From: Octopus vulgaris | Lineage: Eukaryota | Direction: 5' to 3' | Assembly: GCA_951406725.2 (NCBI GenBank) | Contig: CATOCA020000001.1 | Coordinates: 11,718,001-11,782,000 of the forward strand | DNA: 64,000 bases | Shown: piece after piece, positions 56,701 to 64,000 of the stretch | Numbering within the stretch: position 1 is the first letter of the stretch | Layout of the letters: every line of letters starts with the position of its first letter | The notes under the pieces: generated by a model | What the model was told of the DNA's origin: nothing | Databases searched by the model: none | The model's input: the letters and a program-made list of their open reading frames with translations, nothing else | Program-made: the position numbers and the translations under genes

Positions 56701-57587
56701 CAGTGCCTCCCGATGGTGGTTCTATTGAGGAGAGTAGTGAGTTTCTCACTGCAAAGCCAACGCCATGTTGACGAGGTTCTTCTGGATCTCTTCCCTGCCA
56801 AAAGAAGGTGAAATCCTGCTCTTTGAGTTTGCCGTTTGAGGGAAGTCTTGTCTCCTGTAGCCCAGCAATGTCTATGTTGAGCCTCTTTAGTTCACGGTCA
56901 ATGATGGCCGTTTTCCTTGTGTCTTTAACCCTGAGTATATCATCAGATATTCCAGGGCACATGGTCCTGACATTCCAGCTTGCCAACCGCAGGACTGGTG
57001 CTTTCTTGACTTTTAGTTGTTTGCCTGGTGCAGAGGTTGCAGGCCGCTTTTCAAGTCATACTCTTAGCTTCAAGCACCCAATGAAGCAGGCGGCCTGTGG
57101 CGGGTCATCACCTTATTAACTGGGGGCTGCCCAGCTTGAGGTGGGCAGTAGCTAACCAATAGGACACGGAGGTCCCTCCCACCGTCAGAGGTAATCCGTA
57201 GCGCCCATATTTTACGCCAATCTGAATGGACTTATCACTCGTGACTGTTACATCCCGTGTTGTTTCTGCAGCTTTTTACAGCAACACTGAAGTATCCTCT
57301 CCAGTTTTGCGCAGGCCTGGGCTAGAGATAAGAATCATCAGGTTTCCTCTCTCGACCTTGCTGATGTAGTCCAAAGGAGTGCAGTGCATTATGTTTGGCA
57401 CCAGCTTGGTTGCAGGAGCTGCCGGAAGAGTGTCGAGTCGAACACTAGACCGCTTTCGGGGCTCCACTCTGGATTTCTTTGAAGGTTGTCTCCTTTCCGT
57501 AACCCTGGATAGGGGCCCATACCGGGTGCTGTCAGCCGGAACCAGCTGAGCCCGGAACTCGTGTCAGGCAGGGTCGTCACTCCCTGA
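53751..57587 (-). mobile_element. Near full-length RTE-clade LINE (~3.8 kb): long 5'UTR, single APE-RT ORF (frameshifted), short 3'UTR abutting (TA)n
   Basis: APE: ASWNVRT, GLQETR, IYAPT, LLGDF, WRHPRSHHWHQLD, DTDH. RT: KAPGKDGIP, NYRGISLLS, FIDLTKAFD, GVKQGCVLAP, LFADD. C-terminal CxxC...SRIGL motif. 3' hairpin TTGTCTC-GG-GAGACAA at ~53765-53780. Confidence 0.93.
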
Positions 57588-57686
57588 AGTCGACCTCGGC
57601 AGAATTTGAACTCGGAACGTAATGACAGACGAAATACGGCTACGCATTTCGCCCGGCGTGCTAACGTTTCTGCCAGCTCGCCGTCA
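57588..57686 (-). mobile_element. 5' half (tRNA-like head) of the second SINE family, joined directly to the RTE 5' end
   Basis: Minus strand GGCGAGCTGGCAGAAACGTTAGCACGCCGGGCGAAATGCG...GAGTTCAAATTCTGCCGAGGTCGACTT matches the 24914 copy, then switches to the RTE 5'UTR. Confidence 0.8.
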
Positions 57687-57945
57687 CTTTGTTGAAGGTT
57701 GTCTATATACACACATATATGTTTGTATAGACGCACACACATATATATATGTGTGGGTGTGTGTTTGTTCCTCTCATCATCGTCTAACTGTGAATGGATA
57801 CAACATTTCGGTGCGACTGTGCACATATAACCATATACATATACGCAAGAACACACAATCATATAGACACACTCATAAATATACATATAATCTTAAATTA
57901 AATACTCATATATACTTATCCACTTCTACATACATATGTTCTATT

Positions 57946-57978
<33 letters not shown>

Positions 57979-58334
57979 CATGCATACACATGCATAAACA
58001 TACATACGCACACACACACACACATACAAAATACGACACAGTATACAAGGGCAACGGTTAAAAATCGAACATGCATTATATTAACCTATCTGCTCTTTTC
58101 TTTTTTCTTTTTTTTTTATATATGCATAAGCGCATACATATACAATACATACATCCATCCATACATGCTCATATGTGCATGCATGTGCATTTTTTCTTAT
58201 AGCACCACACACGCACATACGTATCGAACAACGTACGCTCATACGGTTATATATAACTGCACATAAGTGTCTTAGCACCACGCATTGCAACATGTATGTA
58301 AGGATTACATGTAAACGAGAGAGAGATGTGGTTA

Positions 58335-58816
58335 TAGAATGGTCCTCCTGAATGGGATCTGGATGTTACACCATTCGGATTTTCGGTTGAGAGTAGGTTT
58401 GTATTCTTGTATACAAACAGCTTCTGTGACCTGTCTCAACATTGCATCGGTGGGATGTGTTGATAGGATGTTTAACCTAAGTTTCCCTGAGGATCCCCTG
58501 TGGCAGTCCACAGCATGTTGGTAGAAAATGGAGTTTGGCTTCCTTTCAATGTAGTTGTCCAGGTGTTATTTGAACCTATCATTGATACTTCTAGAAGTCT
58601 CACCTATGTATGACTCTAGGTCAGTCTCGCAAGTTCCTTCTTGGCACTCAATTTGGTATACAGTGCCCTTGGTTTTGCAGTTCACATGTGGGTTTGTCGA
58701 ACATACTGCACAATTACTTTGACAGGTGATTCTATCAAATGGATATGAACTGCATAATGCAGATTTGGCATTATGCAATCGGCATTATGCAGATCCTATC
58801 CATTTGATAGAATCAC
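58335..58816 (-). mobile_element. Penelope-like element 3' fragment: GIY-YIG endonuclease with a fold-back at its 5' truncation
   Basis: CAVC...NCKTKGTVYQIEC...SYIGETSRSINDRFK*HL...FYQH...RQVTEAVCIQEYKPTLNRKSEW; one internal TAA. Confidence 0.85.
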
Positions 58817-59249
58817 ATGAGAGGTGAAAAGTAGAACAACAAAGGGCCATTGACATCAATCGGATCCATTGTCAGGTAAAAGACCGCAGGTGAGAACAGG
58901 ATGTCTCTTATGCAAAACACCTGCTCAAACAAGATTGTCAACGACTACCATCACAGGTATATGCAAGTGTCCATCACACACAGAAACATCAACCGCAACC
59001 ACCACAAATATATAAATGCATACAAATAAACATGTGTTTGTACGTGTATCCGTGAGAGAGAGTTTGTGTGTGTGTGTGTAAATACACCCGTCTGGCTACT
59101 TCATTTAAATTTTACAATATCGATGCTTTTCAATTCTGTTGCGTTTCACTGGAGACGGATGCTGTCCAGTTCCAGTGTTGTGTCAGCATCGATTTTAGGG
59201 TGGACACTCATGTACATACATGTGCACATGCGTATATTGTTATATGAGC

Positions 59250-59317
<68 letters not shown>

Positions 59318-59673
59318 GTATGTATATATATATGAATATATATATATATATATATATACATATATAAATAATAACAAAGGGTGAAATTAATTAATTAAGA
59401 AGTAATCAGTAATTTCACCAAGTAGAATTCGGCATGCAAAAGACCTATTCAAGGTAAGTTTAAGTAATACTAAGTAATTAGAGTTCAGCACCGAATTTAG
59501 AAATAGCAGACAAAAAGTATTGGCAACACGCTGGTGGACAGGGGAGAGTGACTTACTTTCATTCACTTTTTGAATTTGGATGATACCATGAGTTGAAGTG
59601 ATATTTTCTAGTGCCTTCAAATTTAATACACAATTATTAATAATTGAGACGCAATTATTTATAATTGAAGAAT

Positions 59674-59765
59674 CCTACGCTGATGAGGAAAATAGTCAGG
59701 TAAGGTATAATTATTTATTTTTTTATGCTCTATACTGGCTTAATTCCGAAACGCGCGTCCATAGG
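59674..59765 (+). ncRNA. Type I hammerhead ribozyme motif (Penelope-type) with a long stem II
   Basis: Stem I CCTACG/CATAGG (one mismatch); CTGATGA 59680-59686; stem II base GGAA/TTCC with an extended hairpin; GAAAC-GCGC-GTC; predicted cleavage after 59759. Confidence 0.78.
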
Positions 59766-60075
59766 CAACTTAATATAGAATGATTTTCGTCATTTCTTTC
59801 TCTCTTACCTGCGTCGTTTGTTTTTAAGTGCTTTGGTTTTACTGGGATCTCCCTTTAAAGTAGAAAGAATAGCCAAGACTTTTTGACTGCTATTTTTAAA
59901 TTCGGTGTGTGGTGAGGCAAATCGTTGCTGAACCCTAATTACTTAGTATATATATATATATATATAATTATATATATAGTTAATCCAAACAAGAAAGCAC
60001 AAAAAACACAACAACGCGAGGACGTGGAACAAATATAGTATTATTGGACGCTCAAGAAGGAAGAGAAGAAGGAGG

Positions 60076-60110
60076 GTTTAACGTTTCAAGCGGAGCTCTT
60101 CGTCGGAAAC
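60076..60110 (-). ncRNA. Degenerate minimal hammerhead-like motif
   Basis: Minus strand GTTT-CCGACGA-AGAGCTCCGCTT-GAAACGTT-AAAC. Confidence 0.45.
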
Positions 60111-60184
60111 AGGAGAAGGAAAGATCCAGAGAAGGGAAGACAGAAGAAAAAAATCGCCAACGGTACACACGGGGTCACATTTTG

Positions 60185-60232
<48 letters not shown>

Positions 60233-60327
60233 TTATAATAAGTGTAGGTCGTATACGAGTGGATATATATTTATAAAAATGAAGTTTGAAAACGCCACTA
60301 TATAAGATAATATTTAATTTTCTTAGA

Positions 60328-60376
60328 AATCTTACATGTTTCGGATCTTCTTGATAAAACGAACCTTATCAAAAAT
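60328..60376 (-). ncRNA. Degenerate hammerhead-like motif
   Basis: Minus strand TTTGATAAGGTTC...GATCCGAAACATGTAAGATTT; first core box mutated. Confidence 0.35.
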
Positions 60377-60907
60377 ATATTTAAAAGTTAAGCGTGATAA
60401 AAAAGTTCATAATTGTTTCTCACTGGTCTCAACAGAATCCACGTGGTGGTTTTTTGTGAGGAGTAAGCATAATAGCTGTCTTATATGTTTGATAAGTTAG
60501 GTAAATGACCAGTGGCCGAAATAGCAGTAGCAGCAGTGACTGTTGGTCGTAGCAATACATACATATCATATGTGTGACTGTTGATGTGTATCTTCACATT
60601 TTTAATTGTCCCGGCGATGCTTGACAAGCGCAGTGAACGTCCATCTTACCTAGCGATGCGGCAAATTCTACCGATAAAATGAGTGTCAAGCTTAGAAATT
60701 ACACGGCTTGATACGTTCGATTAAAAACTTAAAATCGGTTCCAAAGCATGACCCCCTCTCAGAATATGGAAACACGTTATGAATACAAACAAAAGATATG
60801 TACATATACCTGGGGTTATGCATTTTTATATATCTATCTATCTATATGCATGTGTGTATGTATGTATATATGTGTGTACACGTGCGCCCGCACGTACATA
60901 CATAAAC

Positions 60908-61059
60908 GAAGGGCTTCGTTCCGTTTCCTTCTACCAAACCAACTCACAAGACTTTGGTCAACCCGAGGCCATGGTAGAGGACACTTGTCCAAGGTTACAC
61001 GGAGAGTCTGAACCCAGAACTATGTGGTTGTTAAGCAAAAGTCTTACCACGCAGCCACG

Positions 61060-61062
<3 letters not shown>
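60908..61062 (-). mobile_element. tRNA-derived SINE (first family)
   Basis: Minus strand AGGCGTGGCTGCGTGGTAAG (A box)...GGGTTCAGACTC (B-box-like)...ACCTTGGACAAGTG; homologues at 13.4, 34.5 and 37.9 kb. Confidence 0.7.
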
Positions 61063-61135
<73 letters not shown>

Positions 61136-61204
61136 GTATAGGAAAGAATGGAGCTGAACGAAGATTTAACAAAGTTCCTTTATTTTATTTTCGACATATG
61201 TTTC

Positions 61205-62511
61205 GAAGTCTGCAAAATCGCAAGTCGCCCACAGGACCGTCTCTAACCCCGGTCCAACACCGATCCTTCAAAGCTGACCCATCCGCAACCTCAAGTTCTT
61301 GCTGATCTGCCCGTAGGCCCTGTCGCCTCTTATCCATCCTTTCCAAGAATGCGTTTGTCTGCGTAATCTGGCCCCTCAACATCCCTACAATCAAGGCAAG
61401 CAAGATCTCTTCCTCTCCAGGCTGGCTACCAGTTCGTGCCTCCACCGAATCCATAGCGAACAGCCAATCGACCGCAGCAATCAGGACAATCCCACTTCTG
61501 ACACCAGTTGTTACGGATCACCTGCCGTCGCTCAAATTCTTCGGAAAACCCGGGACCCTACCAAGTCGAGCGACGACGATCGACTGGCTCGATCGAACGG
61601 TGAATTCGCCACGGACACAGAGAGAGAGAGAGAGAGAGAGAATTCGGTGAGGGGAAGCGGCAGCGAACTCGGCAACCGGCGACCGGAGAGAACAACAACA
61701 AACAACGACAGCGGGAAGAGACACAGAGACACGGCGGAAGGCAATTTGGCCTACGTTTAGCAACAATAGTTAATAACAATTATTACATCAAATACATCAA
61801 AGAAAATACGTGCAAGAAAACAAGGAAACAACAAATCAAAGCATGCAGGTACAATAACAGTTCAGAGACAAATCGGTTCAGTTCAATTAAAACAAATAAT
61901 GTTCACATTAACGATACAGTTCAATACATTAGAGTCTTTCTCCTTCTTTCTTTCTTTTCAACAACTCTTTTCACAATGTTTTTACAGTTCTTTCTTTGAT
62001 TTCCGCAATTCTGTAACAGTTCTTTTCACATATCAAAACATAAATAAACATACCGTTACGAGCTACTACAATAGCCAGTGCCCTCGTACCGTAGTCCCTC
62101 TCTCTTAGCTCCTTAATCCTATCTGTCTGTCTTCCTCTACGCTGTCATGGCCTCTCGCTGTAATCCTATCTGCCTGTCTTCCTCTTTCACATTCACTGTC
62201 ATTCTCTCGTTTGTCATCCCTCAGATTGTCTGTCTGTCTTTCTCAACTGACCGCCTTCGTATCATCGCCACATTCTTGGCTGACCGTCCGTATCGCTCCC
62301 GTCTCTGGCCAGAACTGCCGGAGACTCACAGCTCCTGCTTTTTTATAGGGTACCTCCTCGAACTTTCCTTGACCGGAACAAGGCCAAAGGTCTCCTCAAA
62401 ACTCATCAATCCTTCCAGAATCTGACGGAACAAAGGATTTACTCGCCTGCTTGACGCCAGCTCACAAAAAGTAGGTCGTAGCACTCAGTTTCCGAACTGA
62501 CCTCCATAACA
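61205..62511 (-). mobile_element. LTR retrotransposon 5' remnant (Gypsy-like): ~1 kb LTR (61509-62511), PBS and start of a gag-like ORF
   Basis: LTR termini TGTTA...TAACA; minus-strand TATA-like CCTATAAAA near 62345; PBS 2 nt inside the LTR; ORF MDSVEART... starts at 61454. Confidence 0.75.
61488..61506 (-). promoter_or_regulatory. Primer-binding site complementary to the 3' end of tRNA-Leu
   Basis: Minus strand TGGTGTCAGAAGTGGGATT; the + strand AATCCCACTTCTGACACCA matches the recalled 3' end (including CCA) of metazoan tRNA-Leu(CAA). Confidence 0.8.
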
Positions 62512-62513
62512 CT

Positions 62514-62642
62514 ATGTATGTATGTATATATGTATGTATATATGTATGTATATAAGTATGTATGTATATATATATGTATGTATATATGTATATATATGTG
62601 TGTATATATATATGTATATGTACATATATATATGTATATATG

Positions 62643-62695
<53 letters not shown>

Positions 62696-62746
62696 GTGTG
62701 TATGTATATATATGTGTATATATATATATGTATATATATATATGTG

Positions 62747-62788
<42 letters not shown>

Positions 62789-62790
62789 CA
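62514..62790. repeat. (TA)n/(TATG)n/(TG)n microsatellite
   Basis: Direct reading. Confidence 0.95.
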
Positions 62791-63151
62791 AAATGTAGAG
62801 GACTGACCACTAAAAGTGGACAGCCTATATGCTAAACATAGACGTCAAATCGCCATTTACCACGAAGAATGTGTTCTCAAGAAAAATCTCAGCAAAAAGC
62901 CAATGTGTAAAAATAAGCAAAGACACATGAAAATATACGAAATAAAAAACGATTACCTATGTCCCAACTGGTTTCACTTGTTAATATGTACGTATTTCGA
63001 ATATTTTCATGTATCTTTGCTTATTTTTACACTTTGGCTTTTTGCTGAGATTTTTCTTGAGAACACGTTCTTCGTGGTAAATGGCGATTCGACCTCTATG
63101 TTTAGTATATAGGCTGTCCACTTTTAGTGGTCAATCCTCTAAATTTTGTAT
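62786..63151. repeat. Fold-back inverted repeat: ~159-bp arms (62786-62944 and 62993-63151), 48-nt loop
   Basis: Arms are reverse complements with scattered mismatches (e.g. GACCACTAAAAGTGGACAGCCTATAT / ATATAGGCTGTCCACTTTTAGTGGTC). Confidence 0.93.
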
Positions 63152-63480
63152 GTAAAAATACTTTTAATCTTCGGATTTTTTTAAAATACGCTAAGCCAAT
63201 GGTTTTAATTGATTAATATCAATTTCTACCCTTAGTTAACTTTCCCTCTCATTCTCAACATCGAATCTCCTCATTCTACATCGAGTGAAAAACGGGATGG
63301 ACGCTTCGATTTTGTTTTGGTGCCTCGCTCTGTTGTACACGACTATGAGGATTTGCATCCCCAACGTTTGCGGTATCGGTTAAGGTAGCAGGTTCTTAGC
63401 GAAGCTGTATATGAGTATTTAAGTAGACAAATGAATTATCTTATTACGGATAATTCGAAAGATAACCGATACCTGGGTAG

Positions 63481-64000
63481 CAAACTCACAACAGAAAAAG
63501 CACGGTTGAAATTACGACCATAGGGCATAAACTCCGTGCGTTCGAGATTAACGCGTCCCTTAAGGACATACCTAAACCACCAAAGGAAACTTTCCTTAAG
63601 GAAATTGTCTGCAAAACAAATGCATTCATCAACCGAATGAGATGGCTCGCTTTCTTCCATGATAACGAGGATTTAAAACAGAACGGGACCGTAACATCAT
63701 CCGAATATAAGAAGCTCTTCAAGTCGAGGGAGACACCCCCACCTAATCCCAGACTGAAGAAATTTGAGGACGACTTATGGGACATTGTAAGGAGCATTAA
63801 ATTCCGGAAGTCGCCCCTTAGGAATGAACACCTTAGATACCTCAGGAAAATCACTAAGGATATTAACAGCTCAGACGGAAGCCTGGTCCAATCTGATAAA
63901 ACAAGGAATACTTACAAGCTACCTATAAACCAGTATTTAGAACTACTCAAGAAAGAAATCCAGGAGAATTACAGAACTACAAATAAGAATACACTTAGAA
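63481..64000 (+). CDS. N-terminal region of a Penelope-like element RT ORF, open to the window end (absent from the ORF track)
   Basis: Manual translation: ...ASLKDIPKPPKETFLKEIVCKTNAFINRMRWLAFF...LKKFEDDLWDIVRSIKFR...QSDKTRNTYKL...; the SLKxIP, RMRWxAFF and DKT (DKG-equivalent) motifs are typical of invertebrate PLEs. Confidence 0.7.

Noticed and set aside
57490-57590. HDV-like ribozyme in the RTE 5'UTR
   Set aside because: GC-rich hairpins are present, but I could not assign the nested double pseudoknot by eye; an Infernal/RNArobo search is needed.
58560-58572. Selenocysteine codon in the PLE GIY-YIG fragment
   Set aside because: The internal stop is TAA, not TGA, at a position where Glu is expected.
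62439-62835. Y/I/H/T-rich ORFs (also at 53.4, 57.6, 59.1 and 60.8 kb)
   Set aside because: Translations of (TA)n/(CA)n microsatellites.

Overview
Eukaryotic, repeat-dense DNA with no prokaryotic features; the SINE, RTE and Penelope repeat mix resembles a coleoid cephalopod such as Octopus (inference). Layout: (1) 1-13.3 kb, five head-to-tail Tx1-type (L1 superfamily) non-LTR retrotransposons from at least three subfamilies, each ending in and separated by (TATC)n. (2) 13.7-33.1 kb, the 3' part of a + strand gene, now apparently a pseudogene, with tandemly duplicated micro-exons and a ~5.1 kb terminal exon encoding beta-propeller-like repeats, broken by a SINE, frameshifts and stops. (3) 34-41 kb, SINE, RTE and hAT relics. 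(4) 41.0-49.5 kb, ~50 copies of a 171-bp satellite, then a ~2.9 kb polypyrimidine tract. (5) 53-64 kb, a nest of (TA)n-flanked elements: a near full-length RTE LINE, Penelope-like fragments, up to six hammerhead-ribozyme-like motifs (two with intact cores), an LTR with a tRNA-Leu PBS, and a 159-bp-arm fold-back. The best candidates for something new are the apparently (TATC)n-targeting Tx1 array, the long-stem-II hammerheads and the 171-bp satellite. Family assignments come from motif recognition by eye, without database searches.
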